DNA of 64,000 nucleotides from Paragordius varius (GCA_964247055.1 OZ176055.1:1860001-1924000), one strand, 5' to 3'. Positions 51,269 through 64,000 are shown, counted from the first letter of the stretch. Notes: a model not told the origin generated them from the letters alone. Made by a program: numbers and translations.

Positions 51269-54200
51269 CTATGGTGTTAATCTTTTCGGATCTCTTGGAA
51301 ACATTGATGTTTTCCGGATATTATCAAGACCTAAGAATAGCATTGTAACTCTTTCCAACCCTAAAAGTTATAATAATTAAAATTTTAAATGTTCAATGTA
51401 AAAAAAACTAATATGATTTTGAAAATTAACTAATAATTTAGAAAAATGAAAAAAAAAACAAATCGTATACCTATTCCACCGCCACCATGAGGCCCAATGC
51501 CATATTTGAATGCATCAATATAACTTTGAATCTTTTTAATATCTAATTAAGATTTAGATCATGATAAGTAATTTTATTCAATATTAGATGGAGATTTGTT
51601 TTTAAAAGATCCGAAACAGGATCAACTCTATGTAGCCAAACTCGTATAAACCATTTTAAAACCCATAATAGAAAAAAACAGTTCTTGACTGTTTATTTGG
51701 AGCGTGTAAAAGAAAACTGTTTAATGACAAATAAAATTTTGTGCAAACACATTAACGCTGAACATAAAAATAACTAAAATAAATAAATAAATTGTAATGA
51801 AACATTTTTGGCTATATTCAAGAGTAATACACTTACAGCCGAAAATAAAGAGCATGTGCACCAGAGGTACAAACCATTACCGGTTTAACTGATGAAGTCC
51901 GTCAGCGAAAAATACGCACACAATTAATTTAATACAAACCCCATTATGTTCATATGAAATTAAACGAAAAACACACACATTTTTTCCACCAAAAGATAGA
52001 TTTTGCTTGGCAACATTGACATGATGTCTACGAGGAATCGGAAAGACCATTAAACTCGTTAAATAAATCCCAGACCATTAAAATGGACGTGGAATCAAAA
52101 TTTGCAAAGTGACTAACTAACGGAAATCATTTTTGCATATAATCAAGACGGGTGATGAGAAGTGAGTTTATTTTGTAGATCCAAGCTGAAAAATATAAAA
52201 GTTTGCACTAGGCCGGTCCATCAATACAAAGGCCAAATCGTTTTTGTTAGAGGTATATGGTATGTGTATAGGATCAGAGCGGTATTGTGTATTAGGAACG
52301 TTTGGAATTCGGTGAAACCGTTAACACATAACGCCATCATCAACAAATAAATAGTTTTAACCATATGCATCAATTGTAAAACGATCGGGATGGGTCAGAT
52401 GACATGGCAAAGTGATATGACTTCATGTCAATGCCCCGTCTCACACAGCAAAACCAGTTAAAGACACTTTAAAATCGCTTTGATGGAATATTATCTCCCA
52501 TACGCTAAATTCTCCTCCATCCGACTAATAATCTAAGCATCAATGAGGCATTCTCTTGCAGAGCAGCACTAAATTTTTTTTCGAAGACTTTGGAAAATGG
52601 CTTAACCAATGGTTTGCTGCAAAAGACAATCAGTTTTCTAGCATTTATTTATATACTACCTGAGACATGGGCGAAATGTGTAACCGAAAAACAATTTTAT
52701 AAAAAAATGTAATTGATTTTCATTTATAATAATATGTTGTTTTTGCCGAATAACCGTTAAAAATTAGTAACTAGGCCTGGTATTTTCAATAAGGTTATTT
52801 TCAACAAAATTTATTGAATAGCCAAGGTCTATTATGAAAGTATGAATTTTTTAGGTTAGATAACTAATCAAATTAAAAAACAATAACCATATTGATAAAA
52901 TAATATATTTTTCATAAATATTTATATAATTAATATAGCATAAAAAATTTTTAACAGTTTGAATTATCCGTAAAATATATACAGTATTAAAAATATAATA
53001 TTCTCAAGTGACATAACTCCTTTATTTTATAAAGCAATTAACAAAATTAATTTTCTCTAAAAATTTATTCATACAGTTTAATTATGAAACTATCTCATAC
53101 ATTAGAATAACATTTTAAAAACGCTTTTGGCGGCAAAATCTGAAACCAGTTCCATATTTGATAAATTATAAATTAATATTTTTACAAAGTCTTTAATGAT
53201 ATAAACAAACTCATATTTTTCGAAATTAAAGTAATTAATAAAATAAATTTTCAAGCCTAATAAAACCATAAATTATATAGAATAAATTATGCAAAAATAA
53301 AAATATTTAAGTAACAACAGTATTTTACATATAAAACTATGAATATTGAATTTCAATAAAATAAATGTAATAGACTTTATGAGATAAAGACCCTATATAT
53401 GATTAAATCGGAGAAAAGTATAATAAAATTATGAAAAAATAAAATTCAAACCACGAATTAAATAAAGTTTTCAAGTCGAGAAACAACTATAAAAAATATT
53501 AATTTTCTCTTTAACATTTTGAAAAATTTTATTCGGAATATTTGGAAAATATTCGAAATTCAAAATATATACAGTGTATCATTCGATTGTGAACATGCTG
53601 GCGGTTCATTATTCGCATTACTCTTTTTTATAAGTGATAATATTTATTTTTAAATACACAATTATTTTTGTTTTTAATTCCACAACATATTTAAAAAATT
53701 AACAAATGCTTAAACTTTTATTATTATTATTAATGTTTTCGGGCCCATCATACACCCAACTTTAAATGATTATAATATAAATAAAAACATGAAAATCAAA
53801 ATGGGATCATTTAAGGCCCCATTTATTAAAAATACTCAAATTGATGTAAGTTATTATAGTGTGGGAAATCCAATATTCTGATAAAAAATAAAAAAAATAG
53901 TTTATAAAAAACAGCAGTCCATTTTTATTACCAATTTTGTGAAAAAGGGCTCTTTGTGTTAACAAATCTACATCATGAATCCGTTGTGCTCCGGATAATA
54001 TTTCCTCGCCTCTCATATACATATCATAGCTATTGGATAATTTCTAAAAATTATAAGGCAAATATTATTTTGAAGTAAAATAGATCTAAATAAAAATGAA
54101 AAAAATAGAAAAAAATCAAGGCGTAAAAATTAAAAATAAAATAAAATTTTATAAATTGTTAACCAAAAACTAAAAAACTACCTACTATAATATTACTTTA

Positions 54201-57200
54201 AAAATTATGTAGCCACTATATGAAAATAGGATCAAAATTTTCTAAACCGTATATAACTAAATAGGGTAACTCTAACTATTTTTGAAAGTTATAAAAATAA
54301 AATTCGTTTATATAAAGGAGAATTTTAATTTTCTGATTTTTACTGTAAAAAATAAAAGTTGTACCGGATTTTCCGGGTCTGGCATAGTATAGAACGGTCT
54401 TACGGCAAGAGGAAACTTGTCAAGTATGAAGAAATCGGTGCGAAACTAAAAATATATATGAATTAAAATTTTAACCAATATTTCAAGTGGTTCAAACAGG
54501 GTAGGGTGTGATGAATTAAATTATGTATAAGGCATTGGCGTGACCGCTAGTCAACAACTTTGATTATATATTTGACAAATTATAACACAACATAATTAAT
54601 AAATAATATATGCAAAGTTTTGATCGAGTATTAATTAACTAGTTATGACTTTAAAGAATACGTTCCTTAGCGGGTAAACTGGTTATATTTTCGACCGGGT
54701 ATCAAAACATTAAAGCCTAGGTAGTTTAATAAATAAGTTTTAGTTTAACTTAAAAAAATATTGTTTTTACTACCTTATTTTTGACCAGGCGACCAAGTAA
54801 TTTTTCTTGCGGTGTACTAAAATCATCATCATACCCAATCGATTCCCCGTAAGCCCTTAACATATCTACGGCTTGTGAGTGCCTTAACACTAAACTGCTA
54901 TTATATGGTAAAAAAATATGAATCAAATTTTTATATTATACCTTTGCTCTCTTATTGTAAAAGTTCGTTTGGTATACAAAAAAATTCAACAAAAAAGTTT
55001 GTATTGTAATGTAGTACAATATCACATTTTATTATTCGGCATAACGATGCGAAAAAACAGCAAAAAAAGTATTTCATACATTATGAGATATTGCTAAATT
55101 TCAGATTTTTAACGTTTCTAAAATTTATTTTGGGCAGATATTTGCTATTTATTGGATAGTAATATACAATGAATTTAAAACTACTCACAAAAACAGATAC
55201 AAAAAAGAGAGATTTAAGTCTATATTATGAATAAGATGAAAATAATTAAATTGAATATAGGTTTTAGATTAAATTATAAATGATATGTTTGTTATTCTAT
55301 ATAAGCAATTTAAATGTTAAGAATAAGGCGATATAAGATTTAAATATATTCAAATTATATGATATAAAAAATATTTAAACAGGAGATGAATATAATACAT
55401 TCAAATAAGTAAGCTAAAATTTAAGTCATTTAATGAAAGCGCTACTTAAAAAAATTGCCATAATTATGTTAAAATTATAAAATGTTATATTACAGAGAGC
55501 AAAAAGTTGAATATTTAAAAATGTATAATATATATATATATATATATATGCTAAAAGTTTTTATATCAATATAAAAAATATTTTACCTTGGTTTTAGATA
55601 TTCAAACGGTTCAGCCGGGTATTGTTGACAAATAATATTAATTTCATGCGCATATCTATTTTTTTTTCAAAATAAATTATTTATACCAATTTAAAAAGAA
55701 ATTTTTTTTAATATTATTTTTTAAACGCTAAATAACTAATCCTTACTTTTTATGAAGTGCAGCAAAAATATGGACAAATAAGTCACCAATTAAGTTAACA
55801 ACCTCGTTATAATGAGTAGTTATGCACATTTCCAAATCCAACCCAATAAATTCTGTCAAATGCCTATGTGTATTTGAATCTTCAGCTCTAAACACTAACA
55901 TAAAATCGACGGAAAAATATAAAAATAGACAAGTAAAACCAGAAAAAAAATATAAACTAATTTTTGGGGCATAAAATGGAAAAAAATCCGAGTTTTAATA
56001 TAAATGCACGTCGAAAATATACTGTGAGTGCTAACAAGCATGGAACTAGTCTGCGATTATTATTGACGAAGGGTTAACATATCATTTAGTAATTTGAGTT
56101 TAAAATTAAATTATCATACCATTCTCGGTTAATTTTCAATTTAATTTTCGTTTATAACATTATTTCACGAAATTAACAATTATTGATAAAAGTCATATAT
56201 ATTTTTAGATCCTTAATTATGGTTATGAAGCCGATATGTGTTAGGTGGTTATAGTTGTGAATTAACTAAGACCAATCGTATAGGCTGTTACATAAAAAAC
56301 TTGGATGGTCTAAAATTATGATTGCATTTTTCGCTTCAAAAAGCTATTCTTTAATAAAAAATCTAACTTTTTATTGAGTTTTAAATAGTTTTAAAGTAGT
56401 TATTAAGCATTAACCCAAATATAATAAATAGCAAATAAAATAATTTCTTAAGCGATTTTTGTAAATTAATATTCACTTCTTTGTGTAACAAATTACTTTT
56501 TTAACTTTTTTTCATATCTATGAGCAATTAGCAAATTTTCTTTATATAAACGGAATAGCAAAAAGTTTATATAAAACTCGGAAATTTTTTATAAATAATT
56601 ATGAGCGAGAAAAAAACTTCACATGCTGATTTTTGCAGTATGGCGGCCATAAACGATATTTTTAAATTATAAATATTTTAATTTTGCAAGACCGTACTGT
56701 ATTGTATTCTAAATATTGACCCTTACCTACCTATCTTATCCGAAAAATCTAAAATGCTTTAAAAAAGAAAAAATATATGTACCAGATCCTATCGTGTAAA
56801 CACGTTGAAAATCTGCACACAGAGCCATTTGCTTATATAATTGGGGTGATTGGGCTAAATATGCCAGTTCCTTAAAGTACGTTACAGCAAAAACGTTGGC
56901 ACCTCCTTCGCTGGCCGCTAAAAAAGCGTAATTACCACATAAAATAGATGCAATAAATTAGATCTATATATGTTTCTTAGTCAATTTTAAAACAAAACAT
57001 AACATACCTGATATAATTTTGGGTGTATGAATTTCCAAAAAGCCCTGAGATTCAAGATAATTGCGAAAATGTGAAACGATTCCAGCTGCAAAAATAGGAT
57101 ATATATATAATAATTAAAAAACCACAATACATACATATATATATATATATATATAATTCATTCTCTATTATTACTTATATAAATATCATGAATAGAACAA

Positions 57201-58960
57201 ATTTATTGATAATAAATGAGGTTAAAATAATAAACAGCCTCCCAAAATTCAAATATATATAGAAGAAAAAAACCTTGTATTCGGAAAATGGCTTGATTGG
57301 CTGGTGTCCGCAAATCTATAACGCGGTAATCAAGGCGAGTATCTTGATTCACAATGGGTGCCTTAGGACCACTTTGTTCATCTGAAAGGGGAAAAGAGTA
57401 GTGTTTAAATAATAAAACCTAGAGACCAAATTAAATTTTATACACCGAAACCAAAATTCGGAACAATAAACATGTTGATTAATTTTATGGAGTTATTTTA
57501 TTCAAATTTAATTACTGATCCAAAAATGTTTGAAATAATTTAATATTTAAATTGATAAGAACCATATGTATAAATGTTATAACAATATATTGTGATAAAA
57601 AATCTTTAATAAAAACCGTGGAATCATGCTGTTTTGCACACTTTTTTTATCCAAAAACAACACCTAAAAAATAAATTTAAAAATTTCCTGAAAACAATCA
57701 AAAAATAAAATAGGACTTCTGGCCATAAGAAGGAGCGGAATCAACTAATTTCAATAAACTTTAACAATAACTAGCAGTTATATTTCTCGATAAAATAATT
57801 TTTGTCATATCGTTAACATATTAGATTAATCGTCTGGTTGTAAAATCGGCATAGTCAGGATCATATAATACGCATTCTCATCAGTTAAATATAAAATACT
57901 TTTAGTTTTGAATTTATGGTTAAATTTAATAAAAATTACGCAAAATATACGTCTTTCATGCAAAGTTAATTTTTCAACATCATTTGAAACATTATTCACG
58001 GGAGATGAAAAAACTGGACGTGAGGCATCTTCAACCAATAAAGGCAGTTTTTCGACCCGCGTTCCACTAACCAAGTAGATGGCTTTTCCATGCAATTCTA
58101 ATTCACTTATACTGCATGCCTCAATCCGTTTTACATCGGGCGGTAAGCAAGAAACTTTGGCGCATACGTCAACTATACTCTCTTTGGATATGCTATAATA
58201 GATGATGATAAAAAGAAAATGATAATTTTTTATATAAAATTTTAGCAAGGATAAAAACCGATAATATTTAACAAATTGTTTATGAATCAAAATACGACTA
58301 AGAAATTTTAAAAAAAATATAATAGATTATATATAGCCTAAAAACATAAAAAATATCAGTATTTATGTTTTAACTCGGTTGTTTTTTAATTATAAAATTT
58401 TACAACAATCAAACCATTTGACTAAAAATAATTGAACCAAAACTATGGTAGAAAAAAAATATTTTTGAATAAAGTAAAGCGAATGAGAAGCAACCCATTC
58501 AATTGAATTCAACAAGTGCTTACTTGGAAATAAACTTAATCATTTGTTTGCTTATATGTTCCTTATCGACAGCAAAAACGCATTGGACGGTATATTCTTG
58601 TTGACGTAATATTGCAAAACATTGTTTTCCTTGGTAAATAAAAAATTATTGTTACCCTTTGCTCTAGAGTTTTGCCATCGTGCCCTTATCCAAATTTCAG
58701 TGTTATCTATTGCTTTTTTAATTTTTGCCAACTGAATAAGTAAATTTCCATAAGAAATTAGTTTTTGGACATCTAAATCGCCATATTTTCCTACAGAATA
58801 ATCGACACCTTCCTCAATTACCGCAACTTTCTAAAATTTTTAGTTAATATACTTGATTCTCATCTTTTCTTTGCTGCTTTAATTGGTCTTTTTGTAACTT
58901 TTTTAGAGATTTTTTAGATGGCTCATTAATAACGTGGTCTTGAGCCTGTTCGACCGTCAT
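51269..58960 (-). CDS. DARS1: Aspartate--tRNA ligase, cytoplasmic, 549 aa
   Basis: Minus-strand exons 58960-58853, 58830-58656, 58629-58524, 58192-57951, 57381-57274, 57085-57008, 56917-56783, 55894-55747, 55655-55587, 54897-54774, 54445-54365, 54043-53932, 51542-51471, 51360-51269 total 1650 nt in frame. Motifs: [91 protein letters not shown], terminal [10 protein letters not shown]. Confidence 0.96.
52030..52780 (+). mobile_element. Decayed mariner transposase (Mos1/mauritiana-like) in AspRS intron 12, antisense to the gene
   Basis: Broken frames give [63 protein letters not shown] and [11 protein letters not shown]. The putative right TIR ends ..GGCCTGG|TA at 52780. Confidence 0.85.
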
Positions 58961-60201
58961 GAAAAAGCAATATGAATGTTCAAATTTGATAAATATCCTG
59001 ATGAAATGTATACTAATATTTATATGTACCAAGAATCTATGATGCTTTTGGTTATTTTACGAGGATAATTAATTATCTGCATTTCGTGGTAATTTGGTCA
59101 CGAAAATCGGAAAATTAGCACATACTCTTTATCAAATAAAATAAAACCTCAATGCTTTATTCAATAAAAATTACTTTTTAATTGGTATACTATAAATCAT
59201 ATTTTTATTAAATTTTAATAATGTGGCCTCTGAAAGTCCCAAATTTTTTCGCCCCCTTAAAATGAACTATTGAAAAACATATTTTAAAAAAAATTAATAC
59301 TTTGTTGAAAATAATTTGTAACAAAATTTGGTTTAAGCAAATTATATTATTTTAAGGCATCTTTTAACATAAAATTAAAACCTTTGTAAATTTGTGGTTA
59401 ACAATAGTAGTTGCATGTATATTGGACTCGACAAATTATTCCCATGTGATATCATTAAGTTTCAAAATTTTATATGGTAAAATTTTTTCTCGATTTGCCA
59501 AATGCTTATCAAATCTCACGACATCCAATTCCCAATTTAATAACCACAGCTACCTTAATTGGCTCTTAAAATTGCGAGGCTTTCTTTTGGTGTTGTCCAA
59601 AATTTTTAAAAAAGCGATATTGATTTGTCAGAATAATTAAAAAGTTGACTCAGATTATATATTAAAACACGAGAAATAGATGACTTAGAGAATCTACAAA
59701 ATTAAATAAAGAATCCTAAACTTAAATAAGATTTTAAGCTGAATCTGAATTAGACTAAACGATTGGATGTAAGATTATTATTCATGAAAGTTCCGGAGAA
59801 AACAAATATACATGGTATCATTGAAACGATCAAATTGTGGGTAGGGTTTGGCCCTACAATCTATTTTTTACAAAGGACAACGGAGAAACCAATTTTTTAA
59901 TACATTGGCATTTTTCGCTGATAGAGACGATGCAACTGAAAATTACAAGCCTTATTTAAAGTATAAGAGAGAAAATTCGATATCTTAACATATATTAATT
60001 TATTGTAATTTAGCTAATTTTTAAGCCAGTTAGGTAATAATAAATTATTTAAATGGATTTTAAACGATTTTCTTTATCTGTGTGAAACTTTATTGTGGTT
60101 CTGCAGAAATATGTGTAAAAGATGGGAAAAATATTTGCTTTTCTGGTAATATAGTTTAACACTTAGATTAAAATTGCGGCATCTAGATACTTCCCACTAT
60201 A

Positions 60202-62395
60202 TTAACACTTCGATTCAAATTAGGGTATATAAATAACCCAGACTAAATTTAAGTAAGGTTTTTAAAAAACTACTGAAGGAAACGGCCCCAATTTAAATTT
60301 ATGCTTCTATCCTGATAAAAATTACATAAATAAGCCAAAATATCTAAATAAAATTTAGTTTTGAAAAACAATTCCATGTCTGACCACTTGGACGCCATTT
60401 TTATTTTACTTTTTTAACACTTCGATTCAAATTGGGGTATCTAAATACCCCAGATTAAATTTAAATTAATATTTTTAAAAAGCTACTGAAGGAAACGGTC
60501 CCAATTTAAATTTATACTTCTATCCTGATAAATATTATATAAATATGCCAAAATATCTTGATAAATTTTGTTTTGAAAAAAAAGTCCATCTCAAACTAAT
60601 TCGACGCCATTTTTATTTCACAAAATTTTTGCAAAATATCGTCTTTATGTAATTTTAAGGATAAAACTAAAGCTATTTTTTATATAAATTACAATTAACA
60701 TTTATAGAAATAGAAAAAGCGATTTAGTTTGTAAAATTTTTTAATTTTACAATTTGACACATGCCACGTTGACGAAATTTTTACATTTCGGTGTTAGCTT
60801 AAAATAAGTAATATCAAGTATTTTTGAATAAATTTTTTTATATATATCGGTTTATTAATGTTAGATAAGTGCAAAATTTTGCTATGGTTTCGATTCCTTC
60901 TATATTTATTAAAGAATTTAATTTTAAACAGGCCTGGGGTATCCAACTACCCCAATATTAATCGAAGGACTAAAATGAGTGTGTTGTATCCAAGTGTTAA
61001 AAATCTCGTGTTTAATTAATTTTAAAGGTAAAATTAAAGGTACTTTTTTATTTAAATTACATCTAACATTGATAGAAATAGATAAAGCAGTTTATTTTGT
61101 ATTATTTTTAAATTTAGCTAATGCACATATGTTACATTGACTAAATTTTAACCTATCGGGTTTAGATTAAAATAAGTATTATTAAGTTATTTTGAATTAA
61201 TTTTTTTTATATATTAGGGTTTATTAATGTTATATAGCAAAATTTTGCCATGGTTTCGATTCCTTCCATATTTTTTAAAGAATTTAATTTAAAACATACC
61301 TGGGGTATTTAACTACCCCAATTTGAATCGAAGGACTAAAATGAATGTGTTGTATCCAAGTGTTAAGCTGATATTTAAAAAAAAACTACTAAAAGAAACG
61401 AATTTATGCTTGTCCTAATTAAAATTATATAAAAAATCTATATTCTAACAATGTAGTTTTAAGAAAAGTTTCATATAAACACTTCGATTTAATTTGGGGT
61501 AACTGAATACCCCAGACTAAATTAAGGTAAATTTTTTGTAAAAAACTATTGAAGGAATAGGTCCCAATTTAAATATATTCTTCTATCACAATAATTACAT
61601 AAATAGCTAAAAGATCTAAATAAAATTTTATTTTGAAAAATAAAGCTTCATGTCAAACTACTTCGACGACATCTAAATTTATTTTTAAATAATTAAAGCT
61701 AAATTTTCATATAAAATCACATCTAACATTGATATAAATACAAATGGTGGTTTATTTTGTATTTTTCAATTTGGCCAGTGCACACATGTCACGTTGACTA
61801 AATTTTTATCTCTGGGTTTTACCTTAAAACAATTAATATCAATTATTTTTAAATAAAGTTTTATATATTACGGTTTATTAATGTTATATAAGTGCAAAAT
61901 TTTGCCATAACTTTGATTACTTTATATTTTTTTAGGTTAATTTTAAACAGGCCTGGGGTATCACACTACCCCAAGAATCAAAAGACTAAAATGAATGTGT
62001 TGTATCCAAATGTTAAAATATTCCGTCGCTATTTTTATTATAAAACATTTTTCCAAAAATGGTGTTTATTTAATTGTAAAGCTAAAATTAAAGCTAATAT
62101 TTATTTAACCATCTAACATTTATAGAAACAGAAAAAGTGGTTTGTTTTTCATTATTTTTGAATTTAGCTAATGCACACATGTTATGTTATCTAAATTTTT
62201 ACGTTTTGGGTATTACCTTAAAATAAGTAATATCAAGTATTTTAAAAGGAAATTTTTATATCTCGGTTCATTAATGTTATAAATTTTGCCATGGTTTCAA
62301 TTCTTTTCATATTTTTTAAAATATTTATTAAACAGGCCTGGGGAATCCACCCAATTTGAATCAAAAAAAAAATGAATCTTTGCATCCATTAAAGT
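60202..62395. repeat. Head-to-tail array of about five full and partial copies of the TTAA-specific MITE
   Basis: Partial copy 60206-60413, full 60418-60996 (TTAA on both sides), partial ~61020-61362, near-full 61480-62012, partial ~62060-62390. All are in the same orientation. Confidence 0.85.
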
Positions 62396-62699
62396 AGAGT
62401 AGAAACATGGTGTGAATCAAACTAAAATTAAGCAGTTTAAGAACTAACTTACACAAGGGTATAGGGGCATAAAATTCATGAAAACCCTAGAAAAGAGGTT
62501 TGTTTCGTCAGGTCAGGCGAAAAAGAAAGAAAGGATTTCACAAAGTCCAAGTTGTTAAAAATTATTCCAACATATCACTACACTAACTCGACATAACACT
62601 GATATCCCAGTATTGATAAAAGATTTATGTTTAAAATTCTACGTAGTAGGTCTGTTATATATTTGATATTAGATCTATTAATGGATTACAGCACATTAC

Positions 62700-62965
62700 G
62701 GTTAGACTGCTGAGCTTACTAACAAATGGCTTCGCGGGTCACATTTTAAATGATATTTTACGTGCGGCATTTGGAATATATATGGGCATTAACAAATATT
62801 TAATTAAATTTTTGACATAATTTACAAAAGCCATTTAACATTCTTTGCTACTTTGCCAAAATTCGTAAATATCAATCAGATAATTTTTTTTACATATTTT
62901 TTTTAGATTTCGTAAAATTTTGTATTTGAACTCGCGAACCGCATGCGGGCCACCCCCGGACTATA
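62700..62965. mobile_element. Charlie/Buster-like non-autonomous hAT relic
   Basis: Carries AACAAATGGCTTCGCGGG and GCATGCGGGCC subterminal motifs. Related fragments occur near 18643-18690, 29170-29410 and 31995-32056. Confidence 0.45.
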
Positions 62966-63799
62966 GCAACATAAAAAGGCGCTGTCACGGATATCTTGAC
63001 GCTATGGTTAGAACTAAGTGTAACAAACGATTATTTTCATTTTAAATTTTTGGATTTTAAATTAAATTGAATTACCATTAAATACGTTTAATTAGTTTAA
63101 GACGAGACTGGTTAACTAGCCTTCCAAATCACATTATATAAGCATTGTTAGTAGCAACGGTAGTTATTATACTAGATATTCCTAATTTCCTGATAATAAG
63201 AAATTTGTAATTTACAGCTTACCACAACAATATTAACAATAATACGACCGTAGAGCCCACAGTCGTTTCAGCACCATGAAGCAGGGTAAAAATAGACATT
63301 CAGCGACCAAAGCGGGAGCACTCAGCGTTAACACTTTTATATACAGCTTATCCCATAACGATACCAGAAAAGTGGGACAGGCCCTAAGAACAGATTTATT
63401 CAAATCTAACCCTGAATTTCAACATCCTGCAAAGTACACTCCGGGAAATTTATCTATCTATTGATGTGGAAAAAAGGCGTTGCTTGGACATTTTAGCAGT
63501 CCAAGATGGCTGCAGAGATTTGGCAAGAATTTCTTGTCATACAGGCGCTTTTTACAAGTGCATACGACAAGGCGGGCACATGTTGTTATGGGTTATCAAG
63601 AAGAATAAAGTTGCTGTTTGAGGACATTAGTCCAAGAATTGCTAATTTGAATAGACCTGTTAAACACACAACATTCGTTATATATCAGTGCATTAACCTA
63701 TTAACTTATCTGTATACTATTATTATATTGTTATAACCTCCCCACCACTTGTGATTATTATTATACTTTGAGATAATTGTATATAAGCAAACATCTTAC

Positions 63800-64000
63800 C
63801 TTGATATATGTGAATACATTAAACCTAATTATCGTAGATATATATATATATATAGAGATCATGATATAACGCAGTTGTTTTTGTGATATACAATATTTTG
63901 TGATATACAATAAATACCTTGCCATCCCCAAATATTAGTATTACAATTCTGTCTTTTTAAGCCTTGGCTGTGTCGGCAAGGTAAAATATTCGGAATTATA
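63800..64000 (-). other. Possible 3' exons of a minus-strand gene entering from the right edge
   Basis: Open frame IIPNILPCRHSQGLKRQNCNTNIWGWQ ends at a donor at 63917, then a TAG acceptor, a 25-nt exon (63824-63800) and a GTAAGA donor. No homology recognised. Confidence 0.25.

Noticed and set aside
59392-59990. ORF 59392-59640 and broken frames up to 59990 upstream of AspRS
   Set aside because: No motif could be named; it is possibly an old TE relic, but the support is too weak to annotate.

Overview
This is very AT-rich, intron-containing, TE-dense DNA from an invertebrate animal, not a prokaryote; the taxon cannot be fixed from the sequence. Four multi-exon genes were rebuilt by hand from GT-AG junctions and reading frame: (1) a neuronal calcium sensor (NCS-1/neurocalcin family, +, first coding exon not found); (2) a D2-like dopamine receptor (+, 5 exons, 895 aa, third intracellular loop ~550 aa); (3) an ankyrin-repeat/SOCS-box (ASB-type) protein (+, 5 exons, 568 aa); (4) cytoplasmic aspartyl-tRNA synthetase (-, 14 exons, 549 aa). 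A small orphan secreted-peptide ORF lies just downstream of AspRS. The intergenic DNA and introns hold RTE LINE relics, a Buster/SPIN-type hAT with intact TIRs and TSD, hAT MITEs, two non-autonomous Helitrons, mariner relics, a tRNA-derived SINE and a tandem array of TTAA-specific MITEs. The most striking signal is that conserved genes can only be read through if introns of 22, 26 and 28 nt are spliced, while introns up to 6.9 kb occur in the same window. This points to an unusual dual-mode splicing system.
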